Of a DNA stretch of 64,000 nucleotides, positions 52,950-63,589 are shown piece after piece; positions within the stretch are counted from its first letter, which is position 1, and each line of letters opens with the position of its first letter. The notes under the pieces are model-generated. The model searched no databases. It was not told where the DNA came from and worked only from the letters and a program-made list of their open reading frames with translations. This stretch comes from Oculina patagonica (taxonomy: Eukaryota). The stretch lies in contig NC_135769.1 of the NCBI RefSeq assembly GCF_052425735.1, positions 124,001 to 188,000 of the forward strand, given 5' to 3'. The translations under genes and the position numbers were made by a program.

Positions 52950-54230
52950 AACTAGGGGGGGGGGTGGGAGGCTTTGGGACAGAGAAGAGGAGAGAGGAGG
53001 AGGAGGGGGAGGGGGGGGGGGAGGGAGTGGGGGAGGAGGGGAAGGAGGAGGAGGAGGGAAGGGAGGCGGGGGAAGAGGGGAGAGGGGAGGGGGGGGAGGA
53101 GGGGGAGGGGGGGAGGGGGGGGGGGGGGGGAGAGGAGGGGGGAAGGGGGGGGAGAGGGGGAGGGGGGGAGAGGGGGGAGGGGGGGGGGAGGGGGAGAGGG
53201 GGGGGGGGGGGGGGGGGGAGGGGGGGGGGAGGGGGAAGGGGAGGGGGGGGGGAGGGGGGAGGACGGAGGGGAGGAGGGAGGGGAGAGGGGGAGTAGGAGG
53301 AGGGGAGGGGGGGGGGGGGGAAGGGGAGGGGGGAGAGAGGGGGAGGGGAGGGAGGGAGAGAAGGGAGAGGGAGGGGGGGGAGAGGGGAGGGGAAGAGGGA
53401 GAAGAGGGAAGGAGAGGAGGGGGGAGGAAGAGAAGAGGGGGAGAAGAAGCAGAGGGAGAGAGGAGAAAGTGGGAGGGAAGGGAGGAGGGAGAAGAGGAGG
53501 GAGAGAGGGGAGGGAGAGAAAGAAAAAGGAGGTGGAGGAGGGGAGAGAGAGGAAAGAGAGAAAGAGGGACAGACAGGAGGAACACAGGGGGAAGAAGGGT
53601 GGGACGAAAGAAAGAAAGGGGAGAGAGGGGAGGGAGGGAGGGGAGAGGGGGGAAGGAAAGAGGGAGAGGGAGACGAAAGAGAAGGAGGAGGAGAAGAGGG
53701 GGGAGAGGAGGGGAGGGGGGGAGAGGAGGAGGGAGAGGAGAGAGGGGGGGGGGGGGGGGAGGGAGAGGAAGGGGGGGAAAAAGAGAGAGAAAAAGAAAAG
53801 AGAGAGAGAGAAGGGGGGAAGGGGGAGAGAGGGAGGGAGAAGAGAAAGAGAGGAGGAAGAGGAAGGGGAAAGAGAAGAGAGGGGGGGGGAGAGAAAAGAG
53901 GGGGAGGGAGGGAGAAAAGAAGGAAAAGGGGGGGGAGGAAAAGGGAGAAGGGGGGGGAGGAGGAGAGAAAAGGAGGAGGAGGGGAAGAAGGAGAGAGGAG
54001 GAAGGGAGGGAGAGAGAGAGAAAAGAGGGGAGGGAGAAGAGGGAAAACGGGGAGGAGGGGGAAAAGGGAGAAGAGGACGAAACAGAGAAAAAAGAAGGAA
54101 AGAAGAAGCAGAAAGGGAGAAAGAAAAAGGGAGGGGGAAGGGAAGGAGAAAGAAGGAAGAGACAAAAAGAGAGACAGGAGAAAAACCCCCCCCCAGCGTA
54201 GGGAGGGGAGAAAGAAGAAAAAAAAATTAA
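52950..54230. repeat. Nearly pure G/A low-complexity tract of about 1.3 kb, probably a sequencing/consensus artefact
   Basis: Almost no C or T, no periodicity, and flanked by garbled sequence from about 52330. Confidence 0.6.
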
Positions 54231-54360
54231 CATCAGATTAATGACTTCTAAAAATAAATTTCCTCGCCCCACACCTTTTTTTACTGGGAAAGAGCCGGAC
54301 AGGATAACAGCATGTGTCCCATAATCTGGCAGGTCTAATGAGTGGTATTTTTAAACTCAC

Positions 54361-55598
54361 CTATAAACTACGTAGGCTTCTGCCTGAGCTGGGTCCTGGA
54401 AATTAGGTTCACTAAGTAGCAGCTGAATACCAAGGAGCACCTGAAAAGGATTGTTTTAACAAATGTTCAGCAGGGTTGGAAATTAGTGCTTGCCCACTCG
54501 CCCAGGCGATTGTGAAAACGGTCTGGCAAGTACAAATCACGGATCACCCGCCCGGGTTGGCGAGTATGATTTTCATATCCAGAATAGATTATTCACAATA
54601 AGCGTTTCTTTTACTTTCCACTTCAAAATAATCTGCACTGTTCACAAGCCACTAGCTTACTAACATTTTCAAAATCTCCAACAAAGCTGCTTTTGCGTTC
54701 GTAAACATGATCAACATCCTTGTACTGAAAGTAATACCTCTGGTCATAAATACCGACTCTTCCACCAAGTGGCCAAACACGGGAAGATGGCTATTTCCCG
54801 ATTTTCCCACCTCTTTCATACAATTTCTACACTTTGCTTGCAAACTACAGGAATTTAGGAATACGTATGAAATTGAAAACTGTGTTGAAGTAAGTGCGCT
54901 TGTGTTTTTATTGTGGAGTAAGGTCTATTTTTGGCGACTTTAATTTATCATTGAGGAAGAGGGGCTAAATGTTCTTTTTTTAAAGGAGGAGACTGGGCGA
55001 GTGAAAACTGATCTAAGCGAGTGCAGTTTGGAGGTCACTCGCCCAGATGGCAAGTGCTCTGAAACTTTAGTTTCCAACCCTGGTTCTACACAGGTGTGTT
55101 ACCAAAACATTAAAAATTGAATTATTACCTCTTTGGTAGTGATTTGTGGCTTCCAGCCTTTGTTCTTGTCAATTAGCGACAAGGAAACTTTGCCAGAAGG
55201 AAACACATTTGGGTGTAAGATCACAGGATTAAACACACCTGAGAGAAAAGCAATAAGGACAAACAACTTTATTAAAAGTGTTGACACGTTTATTTAGCTT
55301 CACATCATAGCTTTAATAAGATCATGAACAAACAGCAAATTAAAGATGTTACAGAATTAATACATAACGTAACGCAGCACACAGATTTGTTGAGAATCAT
55401 AAAAAACAGGCAACTGACCAGGTGGCTGTTTACATATACTTAAGCATAGCCAGACAGTTCTAATAAAATATGGATAGCTTGTGCTTACATGAACTTACAG
55501 TTAGGTGGTGAAAATGGATAGTCCTGGGGAAACGTCAGCTCCAACTTGTATAAACCTCCTTCCCAGATGGTCTGAGTGAAAATAATACATAGTGGGAA

Positions 55599-55629
<31 letters not shown>

Positions 55630-56673
55630 TAATCATTCGATTAATAAATAAATAAAGGCACATGAGAATAGAAATATATAGATTTTATAAAGCAAAATTT
55701 TGAGAGTGGGATGTGGAGGAATAAAATCAACAACTAGACAGTCCTGCCGTGTTTGTTTAAGTTGACTATATGACATTATTAAAACAAGCAATGGTATATT
55801 GCAATTCCTGCATTTTGATTGGTAAACAGGCAATGGTATATGAGCTCATATACCATTGACCACAAATTTGGTAGCCAATACGCGTCAACGAAAATAAAAA
55901 ATAATTGTTCCACAGCAGCTGAATACCCACAATTACATGTATTCCACTCGCGCTTGCTGGATATGAGATCGTTACAGCCAACTCGGCGCTAAGCGCCTCT
56001 TTGACTATCTACCATCTCATATCCAACGCGCGCTTGTGGAATAATTGTTAAGTATAAAAAAATGCCAGTATTTTAATATACACTTGGATGCATCCAGAAA
56101 TTTGTGATAATTTTATTATTTACCTTTTTGGGTCCTGGGATGGCTATATGCAAGGAAAGAAATATCACTTTTATTAGCAACAAAAAATGGTTAGATCTAG
56201 ACTTTATCGTCTAAATTTTATAAATTACCGGTAATTAATTTTGTAAGCTGCATGGCAGTTACATGTACATGTAGGCATAGTTAGTAACTATGTCAGTGTA
56301 GGTTGTTGCAGCAACAGGCAAGCTTAATTTAAAAAGCAAAATTGATTAAAATTATATAGTTACCACAATGCCAAGTTAACCAGTCCATTTCTTCATTGTC
56401 CTTCGTACCAGGATTTGCAATAAAATCCTAAATAGGAAATCAGAAAAGATCAATAATGACAGCTAAGTTGTCTCATGATTCAAGCACGCGCAAAATTTAA
56501 GAGGTTAGTAGCCCAGTTCTTGAAATAATTGTCAAAGATTGCAATGACAATCACCTAACAATACTTAAGGGAAAGAATGATTCATCAACCTTAGGATGAC
56601 TGTGTTTCCAGGCTTTATACTCTTCTTTTAGCCTTTCCACCGGATCCACAAAATGTGCTCTGGCCGCCGCCAT
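54361..56673 (-). CDS. SUMO-conjugating enzyme UBC9/UBE2I-like paralog lacking the catalytic Cys; last exon unresolved
   Basis: Exons 56590-56673, 56364-56427, 56124-56143, 55499-55571, 55129-55238, 54361-54440. Translation: [144 protein letters not shown] possible last exon lies at about 52132-52192. Confidence 0.85.
54471..55082. mobile_element. hAT-like non-autonomous element in a UBC9-like intron
   Basis: TIR CAGGGTTGGAAA / TTTCCAACCCTG with subterminal CACTCGCCC repeats. No clean 8-bp TSD. Confidence 0.65.
55940..56050. repeat. Hairpin-type interspersed repeat
   Basis: ATTCCACTCGCGCTTGCTGGATATGAGAT...ATCTCATATCCAACGCGCGCTTGTGGAAT inverted arms. Confidence 0.6.
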
Positions 56674-56750
56674 TTTGAAAGAAGGCGCGCTTGAATCCGC
56701 AATGCTATTGGTCAGTCGTTTCACATAAATGACAAAAGAAAATGGCGGCG
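56665..56750. promoter_or_regulatory. Compact bidirectional promoter (UBC9-like / METTL15) with inverted YY1/TISU-like motifs and a CCAAT box
   Basis: 68 nt between the divergent ATGs. CGCCGCCATTTT 56665-56676, AAAATGGCGGCG 56739-56750, ATTGG 56707-56711. Confidence 0.7.
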
Positions 56751-59179
56751 AGTTCTTTGTCGTCGTTTTGCGCGAGAAGTCTCTTTATACTTCCTTCTCA
56801 GAAATTGCGATTCTTCTGTACTCAAGGTGATTCACACACCGTTCATGTTCCTGTGATGCTGAAGGAATGTCTTAGTTTTCTTGCCCCTCGTGATGGACAA
56901 GTAAGTCGTGACATTTGTTTCGCTGCGGGTTACAGGTTTCATCGCGTATTCCGGTCTTTTACGATTAATCTCCTTTTTTATCGCGCAACCTCGTATTCGT
57001 CAAAAAGGGGAATCAAGTTACCTTTTTGGCACTTATTCTATCAAATTTTAAAGTCGACGTTAAGGCACTTTAAAGAATTAAGCTTATATTTATATAGTTA
57101 CGTGGCATGATTACAGAACCTAACTGGAAAATCAAGAGAATATGATATTTGTTTACGTCACAGACGGGTGCAGAAAAATCTTTGGAAAATAATATATCCA
57201 ATCCAATCTCTGCTTTTTTCTTGGCCTGCAGTACTTTTCCGTTTAACACATGCAGCATGTGTTAAATTTCAGTCAGGCTTCAGTCAGCCCTTTTCCGGTA
57301 TGATACAGTAAAGAGTCCGCTTTCTGAGATGAGAAATCTGAGGTTAGAAAAGACTTAACTGTTTAACGTACTATTGCAGGTTTTTATAGATGCAACATTT
57401 GGCTCTGGTGGACATACTGCAGCACTCCTTTCAAGTGCAAACTGCAAAGTCTATGCAATTGACAGAGATCCAAGTGCAGTAGAAATAGCAAACATTCTTT
57501 CAGAGAGACCTGAGTTTAAAGGAAGGTTGTTTCCCATTTTGGGAAAATTTAGTAATATCTACAAACTTCTCCAAAGCCAAGGGATTAAAAATGAGACTGT
57601 TGATGGAATGCTTCTTGACATTGGTGCCTCTAGTATTCAGTTTGATGATCCAGACAGGGGATTTTCATTTTACAAAGATGGTCCTTTGGATATGAGAATG
57701 GATGTAAGAAATGTTTCCAAGGGAAGAGAAGGTGACAAGAGGCTACTGATGACAGCAGCTGATGTGGTCAATTCTATCAATGAGACAGAGCTTACAGCTG
57801 TTTTAAGGCAATATGGACAAGAAAAGGAGGCTGGTTAGTGCTTATTAATGTATTAAAATGTTGACCCCAGATGGTACCCTTGAAATTTCTGTGAGGGTGT
57901 GCCACTCAGTTTTCCAAATACTGACCCATTCTCGTCCTCAGAGCTGCTTGTGCCTCTTTGCCAGCAGAGCCTGTGCACGAGAAACAAGTGGCTCTGGAGA
58001 CACATAATTTGATTTGTTAGATTTTAACAAAAGGAGTTTCAAATCTAGCCAATCAAATCTACCATTTTAAACTCTCTTACAACAAAGGGATCTGGTTCAA
58101 AGGAGGGTTCATTTGATTGCCGGTTCCTTTTGCTAAAATCCAGCCAATCAACTCATGTGTCCCCAGAGCCCCTTGGCCACTTGTTTCTCGTGCACAGGCT
58201 CTGCCAGCTAAGAGAGACAAGTGGCTCTGGGGACGAGAATGAGACTGACCCTTCTTTGACCATATATGTCATTTTTGCATACCCATTTTCAGTCCAAGCT
58301 CCTAAACTCTATACTCATTTTCATTACTGATGGTTTGCATATCTAAGGTGGCAAATCTGCTTTGCTGTATTGAAGGGTAATTGTCAGTTAATTGACTTGG
58401 CCAGATGAAAATCTGTACATTTATGTCAATATGTACACTTTTGTTATACCCAATTTCAAACCAGAAGAAAATCCTATACCAGTTTCAGACCAGAATCTAT
58501 GACCCATTTTCAGGCAGAAAAAAAACTCTCAAAACCATACCCTTTGAGAATGGGGTGGGGGGAGGAAGGGCACATACTTAAGTATATTACTTACACAGGG
58601 TACTATCCCCTGGGTATATATTATTGAACTCTTGCATACAATCATGTTCTCATTCAACACTGTACATTAAACACTGTTATGGGTATTGTTAGTACTCATG
58701 ACATTTTCTCTCATCCTAAGAGCTTCACTTGTGTGTAATCTGAGTGCAAGGCGAGTCAGTTAAGTATGGTAGCTACTTTTAAATTGGGCATCATTTATGG
58801 ACCGAATTGGTTTATGGATTTGCATTTTGTTAAATCCTCTTGGTTTACACTGTAATATCCCTTTTCATGGTTTACTTTTCTCATTTGCATCACAATAAAA
58901 TTCGACATGGTTGAGAGGCAATTTCGGGCAGAAACTACTTACCGGTAAATGCCTGAAATTGCCACACATCCACAATGAATTACAAGTATACTGTAATACA
59001 AAAACGAAAACTAAAGGTAACTGTGAAAAGGCCTATTGTGTTAGTTGTTTTTTTTTTAACTCAAGGTGTCTGCCTGCCTACCTGACTGACTGACCGACCA
59101 ACTGATTAAACCGCCAACCGGTTAGCTCAGTTGGTAGAGCGACGGACTACAGTGCGGGAGGTCTCGGGTTCGAGTCCCA

Positions 59180-59220
<41 letters not shown>

Positions 59221-60615
59221 TATGCTGCCTTTGCAATAACATCTACAAATGGTTAGATATTCTAGTCTTCTCGGATAAGGACGATAAACCGTAGGCCCCG
59301 TGTCCTGCATCTTCAGTGTTATGATCAGCAGGGGACGTAAAAGAACCCACATGCTTATCGTAAAGAGTAGGGCATGGAGTTCCCGGTGTTGTGGTCTGGT
59401 CTTTGCCCGTTGTATTGTGTTTACTGTGAAATGCTCGGAGATATTAGCTGTATAAGCTACTCTTCAAATCCGAGGGTAAACAAAGTGATGATGATGATGA
59501 TGATGATGATGATCACCCACTGACTGACCACCGAATGACTGACTGACTGACCTACCCACCAACTGACTGTCTGACTGACCAACGTGATGACCGACCTACC
59601 AACTGACCAACCGACTGCAGATCAAAATTAATGATGATGCTGATTTCAACATAACAATGTTCCTTTCTCATCTTCGTGCATCTCCCTTTCTATGATTAAG
59701 GGGAATTGAATAAAATTGTTTTGACAATTTCTCCTAGGTGATGAGTTCCTTTATTCTCGTAACCTGTGTGCCTGGATTTCTATTGATATTACAAGGAAGA
59801 AATAACATAAAGTCAACTCTCTCTTAACGGACACGTCTATAAGACGGACACCTCTTTAAGAGGGACACCTAGTGTTGGTACCGTCCCTGCCGTATTTCAG
59901 TCATTTTACTGTAACTAAACTCCCTATTAGACGGACACCTCTCTAAGACGGACAGTTGAAGCCTGTCCCGTTAATGTTCGTTTTCGAGAGAGTTGACTGT
60001 ACTAATCTCTTCCGGTTTTGTTTATCTATAACCTTGTTCTTTTGTTGTTGTTTTTGTTTTACAGTTCGCATATCCAGGGCTATTGTGCGAGCCCGTGGAA
60101 AGATGCCAATACTTTTCACGCGACAGTTAGCAGCCATTGTTACAGCAGCCGTGCGCTACAACCGAACCGACAGATTCTCCCGTCACCTCCACCCTGCGGC
60201 AAGGACGTTCCAAGCACTGCGCATACTCGTAAACGATGAACTAAATGAACTTCAGTGCGCCCTTACATCTGCGCGCAAACTGCTGCGTCCAGGTGGGCGC
60301 CTTGTAGTTATTTCATTTCACGCTTTAGAAGACTCGATTGTAAGACACTTCTTCAAAGAAACAAACTCCGAAGTGAGCTACCTACGATCAAGAACAAAAG
60401 TCGCGGGCAAGGCAAAGGCGAGCACGTGGCTTCCTCTTCATAAGAAGATTATATATCCAACAGACGAGGAAGTTTATCTTAATCCACGTTCACGATCAGC
60501 TAAACTACGAGCTGCAGCTAAAGCGGATAACTTAGTTCTAGATTTAACTGAGCTTACAAACTTACTGGACAAGAACCCAGGGCAAAATTTTTATAACGGT
60601 ACAACGCCTGTCTGA
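56742..60615 (+). CDS. METTL15: Mitochondrial 12S rRNA N4-methylcytidine methyltransferase (RsmH/MraW family), 3 exons
   Basis: Exons 56742-56900, 57380-57833, 60065-60615. Transit-like N-terminus plus HVPVM, DATFGSGGH, GPLDMRM, RTFQALRILVNDEL, VISFHALED and NPRSRSAKLR. Confidence 0.93.
57927..58241. mobile_element. Fold-back MITE with 9-bp TSD
   Basis: CATTCTCGTCCTCAGAGC...GCTCTGGGGACGAGAATG, with TSD ATACTGACC/AGACTGACC (8 of 9 match). Confidence 0.8.
59110..59513 (+). mobile_element. Full-length tRNA-derived SINE with a Deu/Nin-like core and (GAT)n tail
   Basis: A box TAGCTCAGTTGGTAGAGC, B box GGTTCGAGTCCC, core TCTCGGATAAGGACGATAAACCGTAGGCCCCG...GGACGTAAAAGAACCC...AAGAGTAGGG...CCCGGTG, and a tail of about nine GAT repeats. 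Confidence 0.8.
59810..59999. mobile_element. Tc1/mariner-type MITE related to 20346-20438
   Basis: AGTCAACTCTCTC...GAGAGAGTTGACTG-TA with internal AGACGGACACCTCT repeats. Confidence 0.7.
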
Positions 60616-61871
60616 ACTAAATCGTCTTTTGTGTATTGAAAACTATTTTGCTTAGCACTTAAATGTATATTTCTTTCTTTTAGTTGTGGAATCGGGATCT
60701 CTGATATCTGTTAATGGGCGAAAGCATTTTATAAAATATATTTATGAGGAGTATAAAAAGAGCAAAACAACTCTTCACCAATTTTATATCAGTGGTACGT
60801 TTTGTCATTAATTTTAAAAAGGCAAAGTGTACAAAACTATGGGAGGGAGAGAAAACAAACGAAATCAAGAATTGAAAACAATTTATTTTATTAGAAATGT
60901 GTACATGGAATTCTGCGAAAGTTTTCAATTTATTCATTAAACTGTACAGTTTTGTAAGTATTCTCCACTGGGTTTTGCTCTATATTTTAGATAGTTCTAA
61001 ACCATATTTCGCGGGCGCGAGGCCGAAAGGTTATGAAATCAAGATGCCCCTGGTTCAAATTCTCCACCCCGCTACTACGTTGATGTTTCCGCGGTAGTCC
61101 CGAGTTAAAAATCCTCGGCCGCGCTAAAAATAAGTTAAAAAAAGTCATTTACTTTCGTATTTGTAGTTTTAAATGCATTCCCCCCCCCCCAACCCACCTT
61201 CACCCCCCGGTTCTCTTTGTGCCGTGCCGGGATGAAGCAGAGCCCAACCTGTTCTCTCTCGTTTTTGCTTGGCCGATTGTGGCAGCAGCATCGGAAAAAA
61301 TAAACCAGATAGTAATGCGAAAATGATAATAAAATAATGCAAACAAAATCTCGCTTATAAGCCCACCCCCCCCCCCCGGTTATTGTCCCATCTACCTAAT
61401 AGCCAGGCTAGTACCTGTGGACAAAAAATAGATTCGATTATAAGTCCTCCCGGATAAACCCCCCCCCCCCCCCATATATTACTATATCAAGCACCCTCAC
61501 TGTTCAAGTTTATTGCTATCAAGTTGTTATCTACGTGTACCAGTTAGTTTAATAATGATAGCAAAAAATGTTTCCGAAAAATAAACTTAGTTGCCGTTTA
61601 GTTGCGTTTCGGATACGTTCGTGTTGCTACAGTTTTGATTTTGTTCCAAATATTGAAGTGAAATTCGATGTCTTATGAATTTTTAATCCTCAACTAAAAA
61701 TGTATTCAGATGAACACTGCTTTTGCTTATTTCGTAGCTTTTTTTATTCCGCTCATAACGCACCCCCCCCCCCTCCCCCGTTTACTTGTATTAGTTTATG
61801 GGCTTGTCCATCTTCGTTGTGTAAGGGCTTATATGCAGGATTTTACAGTATATCGGTCACAGTCTAACATA

Positions 61872-62443
61872 GGGCCTGTTTATATAGAGGAGAGTTGTCC
61901 CTGGTAGGAGGGTTACCCTCCATACCGAGCCACCCCGGGCGAGAGAGCTTTTCATACGTTTCTTTATAAATAGCTGCGAACTGTTTATATGAGAAATTGC
62001 AAAGTTGGCTCGGGGGACAGGGTGACCCTGGGTGGAGGGTCACTCGCTTTGAAGGTAGGGTGACCCTGGGGAGCGAGCCAACTTTTTTCCATATAAACAG
62101 TTTGGTTATTTTCGCCTCGCCTACCAGGGACAAGTTGACACATACAGAGCATGCGCAAACGCTGCAGTCGACCAAAACAAAATCGCAGATACATTGAAAT
62201 CAACTGTCGGCGGTAAATTTGTCCAAAAAATGGTCGTGGTCGATGTTTCAGCGTTCCTTATTTAAAAAAGGCAGACATAATAGATGTTTCAAAACAACTC
62301 TCGCCAGTCTTTTGAACCGAGAGGGCCAAGTTTTAGCTCGGTCAACAGGGACAACTTTTTCATATAAACGCTCGGCAAAAGATAGCTCGGGGGAGAGGGT
62401 AGCCCTCCTACTAGGGACAACTCTCCTCCATATAAACAGGCCC
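61872..62443. mobile_element. PIF/Harbinger-like MITE
   Basis: TIR GGGCCTGTTTATATAGAGGAGAGTTGTCCCT / AGGGACAACTCTCCTCCATATAAACAGGCCC with 3-bp ATA duplication. Confidence 0.82.
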
Positions 62444-62927
62444 ATAGAAACTACTGAATAGATATGCAAATGAAGTGCCGAGTTTATTCATGCTAAGACT
62501 TTCGTGATTATTTTTCGGATCGGACATGACTTTACGTGTCAAAGTGCCCGCAGGTTAATACAGATCGAACATAAAAGGACGTTACACACAGATCAAGACT
62601 CAAAATACGAAGGTATATGCTTTAGCAACTTGATAAATATCACTAAAAACACATTCGATCTTGGTGATTTCGTTTAAACTCACAGCTCTTTCAGTCAGAA
62701 ACCTTGCTAACTTTTAATGTCATGCTCTATATACTGCGCTAGCTGTTGGGGTCTGCAATGTTCACAACTCTACTCAGTTTAGGCATTTGACGTTCATAGA
62801 TGAGTAGGTTCCTTTGAGGTTAGGGTTAGGGTTTGGGTTAGGTTTTAAAGAGGACCAAAGAGGATCAAAGAGACCTCAAAAACAAAGGGAAAATGATTAT
62901 GCTGTGTCTACTGAAGAGTGGTTGACA

Positions 62928-63526
62928 ATACCTGCTAACTCTCGCGCATTAAGGCTGGTTCTCGTATGATCGGCCCGATCGCAAGCAAAGTTTTTCAAGC
63001 GACCGCGGCGACAGAGACGATCAGGGCGATCATATAAGAACCAGCCTTTACGCGTGAGTCTCACGCGTGCGGATCCAAAATATCGATATCATGCATACAG
63101 GCGAATTTCTCACGCCTGACTGACAAATTCGAGACAAATCCAGATTTTTTACTCTTGAAACCCATTAAATGTAAATTCAGAAAAAATAAAAATGAGCATT
63201 CGGCATTTATAAAACGTCGCGCTTGGAAGAATTTTATTGAAACATAGAACCCTTTTAAACGTAACTCTTTTTAATATTTAGAATGATTTTATTTTTTAGC
63301 TGTACATTTTTAACATTTTATTGTAATTTGCCCTGAAAAACCATTTTTGGAGAGGTAAATAAAATCTTATCTTAAGGTAGTCAGAACATCTTCGCAACTT
63401 GAGCAATGCTCGGAAGTCGTCGGAACATCTTAATCCTCGGAAATCTCGTGAAATAGTCAGAACATCTTCAGAAAATGCGGAGATGGCAATCTCACGCCTT
63501 TGACTTTGGAAAAAGCTGGCAGGTAT
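62928..63526. mobile_element. Non-autonomous DNA transposon (hAT-like TIR ATACCTGC...GCAGGTAT) carrying a nested MITE
   Basis: ATACCTGCTAACT / AGCTGGCAGGTAT with subterminal TCTCACGC repeats. Confidence 0.6.
62952..63047. mobile_element. Nested 96-bp Harbinger-type MITE with TTA TSD
   Basis: TTA-AGGCTGGTTCTCGTATGATCG...CGATCATATAAGAACCAGCCT-TTA. Confidence 0.75.
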
Positions 63527-63544
63527 CGTTTGTCTTAAGATGCA

Positions 63545-63589
63545 ATCGCGACGTTTCAGACTTCATACTGCTAGTCTTTATCAAGCGAT
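63545..63589 (-). ncRNA. Minimal type I hammerhead ribozyme motif (Penelope-like element type) with U3-A8 core variant
   Basis: Minus strand ATCGC-TTGATAA-AGACT-AGCAGTATGA-AGTCT-GAAA-CG-TC-GCGAT: 5-bp stem I, core, 5-bp stem II, palindromic ACGU in place of stem III, and a GUC cleavage triplet. Confidence 0.65.

Noticed and set aside
52464-54272. Long Pro/Ser/Leu-rich and Gly/Arg/Glu-rich ORFs (602, 418 and 405 aa)
   Set aside because: They are open only because the G/A tract lacks stop codons, and the region is low-complexity and probably artefactual.
11319-56673. TRIM E3 ligases plus the Ubc9-like E2 as an operon-like ubiquitin/SUMO pathway cluster
   Set aside because: Eukaryotic neighbourhood with unrelated genes in between. 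Nothing in the sequence links them functionally.
59115-59190. Apparent tRNA gene
   Set aside because: The tRNA-like head continues into a SINE body and (GAT)n tail, with no proper acceptor stem or poly-T terminator.
62818-62843. Interstitial telomeric repeat as a chromosome fusion scar
   Set aside because: Only about 4 imperfect units, too short, and such motifs occur within common repeats.
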